This document shows positions 1 to 12,281 of a stretch of DNA of 64,000 nt, in pieces. Within the stretch, counting starts at the first letter, position 1, and each line of letters opens with the position of its first letter. The DNA comes from Octopus vulgaris. Its lineage: Eukaryota. The translations under genes and the position numbers were made by a program. Below the pieces are notes generated by a model that saw only the letters and a program-made list of their open reading frames with translations, did not search any database and was not told the DNA's origin. Location: contig OX597815.1 in the NCBI GenBank assembly GCA_951406725.2, positions 128,092,001-128,156,000 of the forward strand, read 5' to 3'.

Positions 1-1
1 T

Positions 2-2188
2 TTTTCCTTTGATAAAGGTAGCCTTTGCACATTTATCGAGGCCGAATTGCATTCTGATGTCGTCACTGAATTGTTTGACTATCGCTAGTAAGCCCTTGAG
101 TTGTTGATCATTTTTTGCAAAAAGCTTTAAATCATCCATGTAAACGAGATGATTTATATTTTTATCAAACATTTTATACCCGTACTGCGCGTCATTGAGC
201 AGCTTTGAGAGAGGTATTAAGGATAAACAAAAGAGGAGTGGTGACAGTGAGTCACCCTGGAAAATGCCACACGAAATTTTTACATCACCAGCATTTAGGA
301 ATTCACTGTCACTGTTCAGAGTTAGTGTGGTTCTCCATGATCTCATACTTACAGTCAAGAAGTTTCGCAGAGTTGGTGCTATCTTATACATTTCAAGGCA
401 TTTTCTAATCCAGCTATGTGGTAGGCTATCAAAAGCCTTTTTATAGTCTATCCAGGCTATTGATAAGTTTTTGTGTCGTTTGTGACAATCTTCTAAGATC
501 ATCTTATTGATGAGTAGTTGGTCTTTACAGCCGTAGGATCCACGTTTACATCCTTTCTGTTCATTAGGGAATATGCTGCTGTCTGTTAAAAAACTATAGG
601 TATATTCCGTCAGGACAGATGTTAGTGTTTTGTACATAGTTGTTAAGCAAGTTATGGGTCTATAGTTTTTTGGTTCATTTGTTTCTTCACTTTTTGGAAG
701 CAGGAATGTTAACCCATTAACTAGCCAAGGAGGCATCCTACTAGGGTGTTGCAAAACATCATTGTACAGTTCTGTTAGCAGTTCATGGCTCTCTGGGAAG
801 GCATTCAGCCAGAAGTTAGGAATTTTATCCTTTCCTGGAGACTTCCATTTGCTTGACCTCCTGAGAGCAGATCTTATATCTTCTACCTTGACACCCTCCC
901 ACTTTTGCTCTTCTAAGGGGTCCAGTTCTGTAGATATTCTGTCAATCCAGGGGGCCTTTTCGTTGTGTGTTTTTTCTTCTGCCCAGATTTTATTCCAAAA
1001 TCTCTGCACTTCTTCTTTTGATGGTACAGACCCTGCAGTAAACGCTGTTTTTCCTATCTTCCGGTAAAAATTCTTGGTGTTATTTTTGAACATGTTGTTG
1101 TCCTTGAAAAATCTAACACGCTTTTCATACCTCGCTATGCGGGCAGCTTTGGCAGATACCTTTTGTTTGATGGTTTCTATGGTGGCATCAATATCAAGTA
1201 TAGTTTTCATATTGTATTTTTTCAGTAATTTTTGGGTTTTTGTAGGTTTGGTAATCTTGTGAGCCTTAAGGTTTTTCAAATATTCAATGTCAGATCTAAA
1301 TATTTTAATTTGTTGTTGCAGACGCTCTTGCCAAGAAGGCTTTTTGTGGGACTGTTGCCGTTTTCTAATCTTTACACCACATAGGATCGTTGAGATTTTC
1401 GCGGATGCATAGTATAGGTGGTTGAGGTTTGTGATATCAACATCATTAACTGAAATTATATCCTTAAGTGCAAGCCGGATTTTACCAATTATTTTCATGT
1501 TTTGGTTAGAGTTGCGGATTTTAGGAAGTGTATCACGCTCATCCATGCTGGTTTCTTTAATTTTCAGCCATTCAATCATGATTTGATTTTTTAGCTCATG
1601 TAGTTCTGTTGGGTCAATATTTGTGTGACTTTCTTTATCTATTTGATGCTCATCTGTCTTAGTGTTTATGATTGGTTCAGGGCGTATTTCACTTTGCCTA
1701 TCACTTATACTAACTCTTTCAATCCTCTCTTCGTTTTTATCCGCCCTGGGCTGGTCTATAATCATTTCCTCTGTATTATCTTCTCTAGCTGCAGCTTCGT
1801 TCATTTTATCCGATATTGCTTGTCTAACCTGATCAATCTCTACTTCAGTCAGTAATTTCTTTTTTATAATGTTTCTTCTAACATTGGCAAGCTTGTTACT
1901 GTCTATGTAGGGTCTTACTTCAGGGTGTTTCTGTCTCCAGTTTAAGTATGCTTGTACAGTGCTAGACTTATCTGTGGGGAAATATATGGCATGGTAGAAG
2001 GCCTCAAGAACTTCTTTATTATCTTCCCTAGACCATTTTTCCTTCTTTTTCTTTTGATTATTTGGTGATGAGCATGGATGGCCATCTGTTGGAATATTCC
2101 GGTTGTGGGGTTCGTCCAGCTCCTGTGTGTTGGGAAGATTTGATCCAGTAACTGATTTTTCAATCAGGATTTGGTTCAATTTTCGGGT
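2..2188 (-). CDS. R4/Dong-like non-LTR retrotransposon ORF (N-terminal domain + RT), runs off the window's left edge
   Basis: Manual translation is in the same frame at both ends, with no stop seen: KWSREDNKEVLEAFYHA...NKLANVRRNII...WKSPGKDKIPNFWL...NYRPITCL...WIDYKKAFDSLPHSW...GIFQGDSLSPLLFC...YMDDLKLF...FGLDKCAK. The 5' side abuts a (TAA)n tract. Confidence 0.9.
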
Positions 2189-2205
2189 ACTATTATTATT
2201 TTCGG

Positions 2206-2261
<56 letters not shown>

Positions 2262-2264
<3 letters not shown>

Positions 2265-2596
2265 TAGTTTTATTTTTATAGCGTGCTTTCACTTCACTAC
2301 CGAGCGCAGCTCTGTGTGCCTTAGGTATGTGCTGTGATTTGTTGTGATGCTCTGATGGTTATTGTATGGAAAGTGTTCTGCGTAGGATGTGTGCAGTGCC
2401 TAGTAGTGCAATTTTCTGTATGTTATATGTGTTTGTAAGTCCTGGTGTTTTTGTTATGTATTTGTCTGAATATTTTTTTATCATGCCTAATGCATCTACT
2501 ATGATAGGAATTGTTTTTGTTTTTAGATTCCACATTCTGGTTACCTCTATTTCCAGGTCTTTGTATTTTGAAAGTTTCTTCATTTCTTTTAGAGAC
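2262..2596 (-). mobile_element. Short 5'-truncated Dong/R4-like copy (3' end of family B)
   Basis: Near-identical to 5866-6197. Encodes the RLE tail KLSKYKDLEIEVTRMWNLKT...IQKIALLGTAHILRR. (TAT)n on both sides. Confidence 0.9.
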
Positions 2597-2614
2597 TATT
2601 ATTATTATTACTAT

Positions 2615-2870
2615 TTTGGTTTGGCTCAGGTGGGTCTTATTCCTGGTAGGATTTATGTGGACAGTAGGTTACTACCTGTAACCTTAAATATCCACAAGTT
2701 TTCAATTATCTTTCAAGTGTTTAGAACCTTCCTGATAATCCTTGTTATCCCTAAGGGACAAACTGTCTGTAAGAGTTCTACCAGTTCTCCTTCAGCCATT
2801 TGTCTATATCTTTGCTTACTGTTTTCAATGCACCAATAATTATAGTTTTATATCCTTGTATTGGATATAT
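2615..2870 (-). mobile_element. Degenerate 3' fragment of another Dong/R4-like family
   Basis: Minus strand reads like an RLE C-terminus (...LLQTVCPLGITRIIRKVL). Starts at a (TAT)n tract. Confidence 0.55.
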
Positions 2871-2930
2871 AATATAATAAAATAAGAGGGTAAGAAAATA
2901 TTTACATGATACACTACTATTACTATTATA

Positions 2931-4327
2931 CAAGACTCACCACTCTCAATCAATGGCTCACAGTGAACTGCTTACCAATCAGAACTGTCAATCACTCACA
3001 GTTCTTTAATTTATAACGAGTCTGTCCACCTTTTGTCACTTGGCAGGTGGTTGGAATCCTTCCACAACATACAAATATGACCTTTACTGTTCTCATATTC
3101 CAAATTTTTCCTATTACAAATTTTAATGGATTGTATTTTTCTCTTTTGTTTTTCATCCTCTTTCTTTATGATCCTGGAGTCAAATGGGCATGAGGAGTTG
3201 ATTAGTAAACAACTTTGCTTTTCCTTATCTATAATAGTTATGTATGGTCCATTATTTTCTAACTTTTTAAATAGGAAAGTCCCGCAAAGTCTTACATTTC
3301 TCCAACTCCAATATTTTTTTGACTCAGTGATTGTACCATGTTTTTCCAGTCTTAAATCCCCATTTCTGGCAGTTTCCAGTGTAAAACTTTTACAACTTGA
3401 TTGTGCCTCTATTTCTTATATTCTTCATGTGCCAACTTGGGGCATTCTGTCACAATGTGTGCCCCTGTCTCGTTCCAAGTTCCATAGGCTCTACATTTTT
3501 CCGACACATTCTCTCCATATATATATTTTCCTCAAGTTGTTTGTTTTTATCATTTGATCTTGGGTTGCAACAATTAGGCTCTGTATTTTTTTTATTGCTC
3601 CTTTTTTACCCAAGCCCAGAATTTTGTTCCACATACACCTTCAGTGGCTCTACAAAATTGGTCATGCAGAGGTTTCTCTTCAATCTGACTGATGTGCCCT
3701 CTTTGTACTTCATTCTTGTTTTTTCTCTTATTACACACTTCATCACCTGTTCTTTTTTCAGTATCTTGAGTATACTTAGTAGTTTTTTTTTGTGCTGCTC
3801 TGTAAATACTCTACTAGGCTTTTTCTTTCCATCTGTATACATTCTTCTACTACCCTGGTCTCTCTTCAATTACAACCAGTTGATATCAGCTTTCAGATGG
3901 CGGGCTCCATACATTATCAACAACTTTCTATTTTTTCTGTCAAGTTTCTTTATATCGTTTTTGGTCCAGTATATAATTCCAACTCCATGTCTGATCAAGG
4001 GTACTGCTCTTGAATTTACTGCATCAATAAGGGTTTTGAAATCCAGCTTTGACAGCAGTAATTTTTCTTGTATACTCCCTACTGGAAATTTGTTTCATTT
4101 CCTCATTTTTTATTGTCTTCTTCCAGTATTCCTAAATACTTATACCACTGTCTTTTCTCAACTGCTCTCATTGTTTACCCATTTGGCATTTAATTCTTTC
4201 AAATCTTCCTCATTTCATTTTCAATATAGCACACCTTTCTATCCCAAATTCCATGCCTACATCATTTGAAAAAATATGGGGAGTATGTACGAAGCTTTCA
4301 AGCTGTTTCTCATTTTTTACATAAACT

Positions 4328-4330
<3 letters not shown>
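2931..4330 (-). mobile_element. Degenerate 5'-truncated Dong/R4-like element (RT end to RLE)
   Basis: LYVKNEKQLESFVH..FSNDVGMEFGIERCA and later RLE remnants with frameshifts. The 5' end abuts (TAT)n at 4331-4391. Confidence 0.75.
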
Positions 4331-4392
<62 letters not shown>

Positions 4393-5812
4393 TAGTAGTT
4401 TTATTTTTATCACATGCTTTCACTACATTACTGAGTGCAGCTCTGGATGCCTTGGGTATGGCTGTTGTTTGTTGTGGTGCTCTTATTTTCATTATATTGA
4501 AAGTGCCTTATGTAGGATGTGTGCAGTGCCTGGTAGTGCTATTTTCTGTATGTAAAATACATTTGTGAGTCCTGATGTTTTGGTCACGTGTTTGTCTGAA
4601 TTAATTTTATCGTACCTAATGTGCATACTATTATAAGAATTGTTTCTGTTTTTAGGCTTCACATTCAAGTTACATCTATTTCCAGATCTTTGTATTTTGA
4701 AAGTTTCTCTGTTTCTTTTAGAGAAGTGCTGTCATCTGTTGGTGTTGATACATTGATTGGGAGGTATCATCTTTCTTGGTGATCTCTGACAACTATATCC
4801 AGTCTATTAGCCTCAATTTCTCTATCTGTATGTACTGGTACATCCCAGAGTATGGTTACTTTTTCATTTTCTGTGACCTTTTCAGAAATACCATCTTTTT
4901 CCTGTTGTCATTTCATAGTGTTGGCATAGCTTCCAGTGTATATAGGTCCCAACTCTGTTATGTCTATGAATATATTCCTTCTGAGCCAGGACTGGGCAGC
5001 CAGAGACAATATCATTCATTGTTTCTTCTCCATCACCACATATTCTGCAGTTATTTGTTGTATTTCTTTTCATTATATGTTTTTGGTGATTTCTGGTGGG
5101 GAGGCTTTTGTTTTGTGCTGCAATTAAAAATCCTTTAGTTCCTGCTTCGAGTCCTGAGCTTCTCAACCATTGTTGGGATTTTGTTTTGTCTATTTCTTTT
5201 CTGTTTAGCTTAACCAAATATTTCCCTTGTAGGGGCTTTTCTTGCCATTTTTTTTTTTCCATCTTGATACTGTGTTGTTCCAGTTTCAGTTTGGATTTCA
5301 GTTGTTTTACAGCTTTTGTTGTTTCTTCATTTTCTTCATAGTTGGCAGGTACTATGACTTCTTTCTTGTATTTTTCAACTTCCTTAAAGACAGAAAACAG
5401 TTTTTTCTTTTTGTTTTGCTCATGTTTTGTAGCTATTTGTACCAGTTTTCTTTGCTTCTGAAGTAAGTATTTCTGTAATCCTATGGTGGTTATTTTGTAA
5501 TAATTTTCTAGCTGTATGAGACCTCTACCACCTTCAATACGTTGTATGTATGTAACCTTTCTATGTCACATTGAACTATGTTTTCTACATTAATGTAACT
5601 TAGGTGTGAGTGCTAAGCAGAAAATGTGTGGAGAGTGCATGCCTCTCTGGAATGTTCCTCTTCTAATGGGGATGATTTTAGTTTTTATGAGTCCCTCTTT
5701 TGTCTGGAGCTGTAGTACTGTTTGATATTTATTCAAGGAATGTTTTATATAGTTTATGATTATTGGTGCTACCTTGTTCATGGCAAGTGTTTCTGGGATC
5801 CATATGTGGGAA
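4393..5812 (-). mobile_element. Older, internally deleted copy of Dong/R4-like family B
   Basis: 3' UTR homologous to 2262/5866. ORFs 4882-5262 (CRICGDGEETMNDIVSGC) and 5590-5781 (PIRRGTFQ). Confidence 0.85.
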
Positions 5813-5821
5813 ATATTGTTG

Positions 5822-5865
<44 letters not shown>

Positions 5866-5868
<3 letters not shown>

Positions 5869-8800
5869 TAGTTTTATTTTTATAGCGTGCTTTCACTTCA
5901 CTACCGAGCGCAGCTCTGTGTGCCTTGGGTATGTGCTGTGATTTGTTGCGATGCTCTGATGGTTATTGTATGGAACGTGTTCTGCATAGGATGTGTGCAG
6001 TGCCTAGTAGTGCAATTTTCTGTATGTTATATGTGTTTGTAAGTCCTGGTGTTTTTATGTATTTGTCTGAATATTTTTTTATCATGCCTAATGCACCTAC
6101 TATGATAGGAATTGTTTCTGTTTTTAGATTCCACATTCTGGTTACCTCTATTTCCAGGTCTTTGTATTTTGAAAGTTTCTTCATTTCTTTTAGAGACATG
6201 TTGTTATCTACCGGTATTGATACATCAATTAGAAAGCATTTTTTGTCTTCATGATCTCTGACAACTATATCTGGTCTGTTGGCCTTAATTTCTTTATCTG
6301 CGTGTATCGGCATATCCCAGAGTATGGTTGCTTTCTCGTTTTCTGTGACCTTTTCTGGTGTGTGCCTATACCATCTTTTTTCTGTTGTTATTCCATAATG
6401 TTGGCATAGCTTCCAGTGTATGTAGGTTCCAACTCTGTCATGTCTGTGAATATATTCCTTCTTAGCCAGGACTGGGCAGCCAGAGATAATATGATTTATT
6501 GTTTCTTGTCCATCTCCACATATTCTGCAGTTACTTGTTATATTTCTTTTCATTACATGTTTTTGGTAATTTCTGGCGGGGAGGCTTTGGTCTTGTGCTG
6601 CAATTAAAAATCTCTCTGTCTCTGCTTTGAGTCCTGAGCTTCTCAACCATTGCTGGGATTTTTCTTTGTCTATTTCTTTTGCATTTAGTTTAGTCCAGTA
6701 TTTACCATGAAGGGCTTTTCTTGCCATCGTTTTATCATGGTTCGTTGCTGTTCTATTTTTAGTTTGGATTTCATTTGTTTTATAGCTTTTGTTGTTTCTT
6801 CATCTTCTTCTTCTTCTTCTTCTTCTTCTTCATATTTATTAGGTGGTATGATTTCTTGTTTGTATTTGTCAGCTTCCTTAAATACTGAGAACAGTTTTTT
6901 GTTTTGCTTGTGTTTTGCCGCTATTTGTATCAGTTTTCCTTCCTTCTGAAGTAGATATTTTTGCAGTCCTATGGTGGTTATTTTATAGTAGTTTTCCAGC
7001 TGTATAAAGCTTCTACCACCTTCTATACGTTGTATATATAGTCTTTCTATGTCAGATTTTGGGTGATGCATCCTAAATCCTGTCATTATTTTTCTTGTTT
7101 TCCTATCTATTTTGGTCAGTTCATTTAGTGTCCAGTTAAGGATATTGTAGCTGTAACTTATAACTGGGACAGCTAAAGTGTTAATACCTATTATCTTGTT
7201 TTTAGCATTGAGCTCTGTTTTTAGTACTGATCTAACTCGTCTATAATATTCTTTTTTATTTTCTTTTTCATTTGTGTGTGTTGTGTCTTATCTAGTTCAT
7301 GGATTCCTAAGTATTTGTAAGTTTGGCTTTGGTCTAATTCTTTTATTTCATTGGTTTTATCTAGTATGATGTTGCTACTCTTAACTAGTTTTCCTCTTTT
7401 CAGGGTTACTTTGGCGCATTTTTCTAATCCAAATTTCATATCTATTTCTTTGGTAAATCCATGAACTGTCTTTAATAGTGTTTCCAGCTGTTTGGCATTT
7501 GCAGCATATAATTTTAGGTCATCCATATATAAAAGGTGGCTGATCGTTTTGCCGTAACATACATATCCGCATCCAGTTCTATTTAGCATATCAGATAGAG
7601 GTGACAGTGCCAAGCAGAAAAGAAGTGGAGAGAGTGTGTCTCCCTGGAATATTCCTCTTCTAATGGGGATGGCTTTGGTTTTCATGAGTCCCTCTTTTGT
7701 TGGTCTGTAGTTTTCTGGTTTTGGTGTCTCAGTTTTCAGCCAGCTTTTTGTGTATTCCTGTTAGATATTTCAACCAGAAGTTGGGGATCTTGTCATGCCC
7801 AGGTGCCTTCCAGTTGCTTAGTCTTTGCAGTGCCTGGGTGACCTCTTCAGTTGTCATGGGGGTCCAAAGTTGCTCAGATGCTGAGTTTGTTGTTTTAATA
7901 CTCCTTTTTTTTGGTTGTTCGTTTGCCAACCATATTTCTCTCCAGAATTCTTCCACTTCTTCTGCCGTTGGTGCTGCAGTGATTTCTATTTTATTTTTGC
8001 CAAGTTCTTGGTAGAACTTTTTGGGGTTGGAGTTGAACTTTTTGTTTTGTTCAAAGAAGCACTGGCGTTTCTCGTACCGGTGGATCCTTTGTACTTTGGC
8101 AAGGATATCTTGCTTCAGCTTTTCTTTTATCTCAGGTAAATCTTTTTCTGTGATGTTATATTTGCGGAGTATTTTTGTTTTCTTTTTGTTGCTCAGTAGC
8201 GTTGATTGTCTACTGATTTCATTAATAATCGACATATCTTTTCTCATTTTTTGTGTTTTGTTTTGGATGTTATTTATCCACAGGGTTTGTTTGGGTGGTG
8301 GTACTCCTGTTTGGATGGGTTTGAGTGAGTATCCAGCTTCTTTTGTGGCTGCAGTGGCTGCTGCGTATACTAGGTCATTTAGCTCAATGATATCGCTTTT
8401 TGTTTCAGTGACTATTAGTTCCGTGATGGCTAGGTTTATGCTGTTTATAATTGGTGTTGTTGTTTCGTCTATTTTGATTTTTGGGAGGTATGGTCAGTGT
8501 TCCATTTTGAGCTCTGTGGTTTCCAGTTCTTTGATTATTTTACTTTTTATATTATCATAATCATTAGGCACCCCTTCGTTGTTTCCAGGTTTTAGATTTG
8601 TGTCGCTTTCTTTCTTATTTATATGTTTGTTTGTCGTGTTTTGGCTTGCTGTTTGTCGTGTATTATTATGCATCCTTACGGTCTGGGTTTGTTGTTTTTT
8701 GTTTACATCGTGTTTGTTGGGAATGTTACGTTTGTCTTCGTGTTTTATTATTTCAGTGTTTATATTATTGGGCATTGTTGTGTGGCTTCTATCTACATTT

Positions 8801-9549
8801 TCCTGGTGTATTTTTTCTTTTAGATGTTCTATTTCTATTTCTGATATTTTTTTTGCGTTGAGAATGTATCTTCGTATGTTAGCTAGTTTATTAGGGTTCA
8901 TTGCTGTATCCAAGTCTATATTTATGTTATTTTCCTTCCATATTTTATATGTATGTGTTGTTGTGTTTTCATTTTTTGGGTAGAGCACTGCTGTGAAATA
9001 TGCGTGTAGGATAGAAATGTATTCCTCACGTGTCCATTTATGTCTTTTAGGTTTTATTTGCGGGACATGAGGAACAACGTCCGGCCCATTATTTTGATGG
9101 TCGTCATTTTCGTAGGGTACCGGTCTGTTCATTTCTGTTGTCACATTGTTTTGCACGTGTAGTTTTTCATACATTTTGTGTTGTAAGTTTAAAGTACATA
9201 CTTCCCGATTGTTATTCTTGGGTTGAATAATATTGGTGGTATTTAATTTCTTCGTAGTTTTTTTTGTACATGGTGTTTGGGGTTGGGGATGATCTGGTGT
9301 TGATGTATCGTAAAGTTTCACGCATGTTTACATATGTTGTGTTAGAGGTGGAGATGATATCGAGTTAAAATACATTATTTCATTTCGAAAATAGTAATAA
9401 ATTTCAATGAGTATTACTTACTCGGATATAGTCCAATCCTTTGTTAGTAAATTTTTGGCTCCATACGATGTCTTTGTTTTCGATGTTTGTGGATAGATTT
9501 CGGAGCTCTGTTTTATCGTTCTTACATCTTAAACGTCCCCAGTGTTCTC

Positions 9550-9550
<1 letters not shown>
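5866..9550 (-). mobile_element. Near full-length Dong/R4-like RLE retrotransposon (family B), frameshifted, with RT deletions
   Basis: ORF pieces 8494-9321 (KWTREEY...NKLANIRR), 7729-8247 (WKAPGHDKIPNFWL), 7221-7685 (GIFQGDTLSPLLFC, YMDDLK) and 5963-6727 (CCHC knuckle CRICGDGQETINHIISGC; RLE RPDIVV..LIDVSIP..K..KY). Flanked by (TAT)n. Confidence 0.92.
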
Positions 9551-9593
<43 letters not shown>

Positions 9594-9598
9594 ATTAT

Positions 9599-10050
9599 TG
9601 AGTGAGAGAGCAGTGCATGCCATCAAACTGACACTGGAGTAAACTATTCCCATCATGACTACCCTATAAGGGTACACCAGGAAAATGCATCACAATCATA
9701 TGTGTGCGACATGGCGATCTTATATCAAGATAAACAGTGCATGACCTTGCAGGTGAGGCCCAGTTAAAATTTTCTTCAAGATGAGTAGCCCACCCTGCTC
9801 AAAAGGTTCATGAATAAGGCTTGTTTAAGGATGATGAACAAAATACCATGTTTCCAGGTGAATTATTCAAATCCCAAAGAATCACTCTCAACACATGGCT
9901 TTGATGCTCCCCAACTACTTCTGCTCATGATCAGAGATGCACATATCATCAGCCACTAAGGGACATGCTCAACTGGTTAAGGTCAAGCAACTGACAAGCA
10001 AATCTGTGGTAATGAGCAGAATATTTGCTGTAGCCCATCTTTTACACCAG
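9599..10050 (-). mobile_element. SINE-like element with (TAA)n tail, Deu/Nin-domain-like
   Basis: Minus strand carries ...GGGAGCATCAAAGCCATGTGTTGAGAG..., which resembles the Deu/Nin SINE core as I recall it. Ends in (AAT)n at 9551-9598. Confidence 0.55.
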
Positions 10051-11811
10051 AGGTTCTCAAGAAATAAGTGGAAATTTTACCAGTGAGTGTGTTACATTAT
10101 AAGGCACAAAAAGAAAATGACTTTCCCCAGACACAACAGAATATGCTTCAACACACGAACTCATATAGTGAATCTTGCAAACCATATCCAAAAACGAAAT
10201 ATAAATATTCAATATTTTACTAATTTTTATACACTATGAATCATTTGATATTTAATGTAATCTTATATAATTTGTATACAACACTATAATAATATTATAA
10301 TAAATTCATAGCTCCCCCAATCCACTGCCTTCCTCCCAACACTGCCTTTTTCTCTACCCTCCCCCCACCGCAGCAGGAGCAGAGATGGTAGCAGCAGTAA
10401 TGGTGGCAACAGCAGTAGGTACCAGCAGTGGTGGTGGTGGTGGTGGGAATGGGTTGTAGTGGGGGAGGGTAGTAGTAGTTGTTGTTGTTGTTGTTGGAGG
10501 AGTTTTTTTCACTCTTGATTTAACAACAGAAATTTTTGTTTAACAAACAAAACATTAAAGTGATTAGTTTTGGCAGGATGTAGAAAACAGCCAATCAAAT
10601 GGCATAGGATGTGTGAGTGTGTGTGTGTGTGTTTATGTATATGTGGATGTGCATGATTGCATCTGTGCTTATGAGTAACTGCATTTCATTTTATATCCGC
10701 TTTCTGTTTTGGCAAATGTTGAACAATTCAACACTCAAAACAAACACATACACAGATAAGTATGTGTGATTATGTATGTGCATGTGATTATTTGTTTGAT
10801 TATATGTGTATATGCAGGATATATGTATTGAATGTATTTAAGTGTAAATGTGTGCTTGTGTGTGTGCATGTGCATATGATATATGCATGAGTCTTGAGCA
10901 TGAGTGAGTGTAATTTTGTATGTGTATGTGTATATAAGCAAGATTGCTTATGTGAATGTATGTACCTATATATGTGTGAATATTTCTTTAATTTATCATC
11001 AACAGCATCATTTAACACTCCCTTTTCCATGCTTGCATGAGTCAGGTGGAATTTGTTGAGACAGATTTTCTATGACTGGTTGCCCTTCCTGTTTCCACCT
11101 CTCACCTGTTTCCAAGCAAGGTAATATTTCCCTAAGGCCATTTTCAAATACACACTCATATCATTGCCAATCACTTTCCTTCCAACACCACTCCTTCATG
11201 ACCTTAATTTGTTCCCATCAACCTCTTATTCCTTCCACCCTTCCACCTATTCTGATCCTTCTGAAGTTGTTTTTATTTCTCTTATTTCTTTCTAATTCCC
11301 CTTCTCAGTCACCTGAACAAATTACTCACCCAAGTTTATTGAGTACTCTCTTCCCCTACCTTTACACCAATATCCCCCACAGCTCATATTCCTTTCTGTC
11401 ATTATCTGCGCACTTGCCATTGTTCGCTCTACAAATTTACATTCACTGTGTGCAAGGCCACCCACATGTTGTTTACATGGTAAAATGATTTGCTAAACAA
11501 GCAGAGAATGCATAGGGTTATGAGATCCTTCTGTTCCTATCTCACCTGAGACTATTCCATCTCTCTAGTATTGGTGCTTCAAGAAAATGCATCCAGTACA
11601 CTGTAAAGCAGTCAACATTTGGAAGGGCATCCTGCTAATGAAATCTAGAAACAAATGTCATAAATGGCACCTGGTCTTTAAGAGCAGTATCTCTCAATGG
11701 AAGGTAACTTGGATTATGACAGCCTCTCCAACCTATGCTAAGATGGAAAATGGACATAAAAGGGATGATGATGTGTGTGTATATGTACCCAAATATATAT
11801 ATATATATACA

Positions 11812-12012
11812 TACAGGGTGACCCCCAAAAAATGAATACACACTTTAGTAGCTGATAACTCAATTCATCTTTTTTCTTCCCAGATGAAACACAGAATTAA
11901 TGATGGCAGTCACACTAATCTTTGAACAAAGGAAATTCGTTCTAAAGTGTGAAAACACAGTTGAAGTGCAAAGACAGTTTAGGAGTAAGTTTCAAACAGA
12001 TCCACCAACATG
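11812..12012 (+). mobile_element. 5' fragment of a Tc1/mariner-superfamily transposon (DUF4817-like HTH)
   Basis: TA|CAGGGTGACCCC terminus, followed by EQRKFVLKC..VEVQRQFRSKFQTDPPT. Confidence 0.6.
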
Positions 12013-12236
12013 ACCAATGCATTTTGATTATCCAATGGTGAGTTGAAAGTTAATAATTATTTATTAATAAAGAAATAATTATATATACATGTCATCTAAA
12101 AGTCCATAAGTCAGGAAAAAGATGCTCTGATATATCTGTCAATAGAGTGGGTGTATTATTGCCTAACATTCTATTGTACCCCTAGCTAGAGACTGATTGG
12201 TAAGATCAGCCATGATGGATATATAATACTGTACAC

Positions 12237-12273
<37 letters not shown>

Positions 12274-12281
<8 letters not shown>

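Noticed and set aside
3397-4269. 290-aa hydrophobic + strand ORF
   Set aside because: Antisense shadow of an A-rich Dong-like coding strand.
9322-9550. HDV-like ribozyme expected at the Dong element 5' end
   Set aside because: No P1-P4 arrangement is visible; the leader is A-rich.
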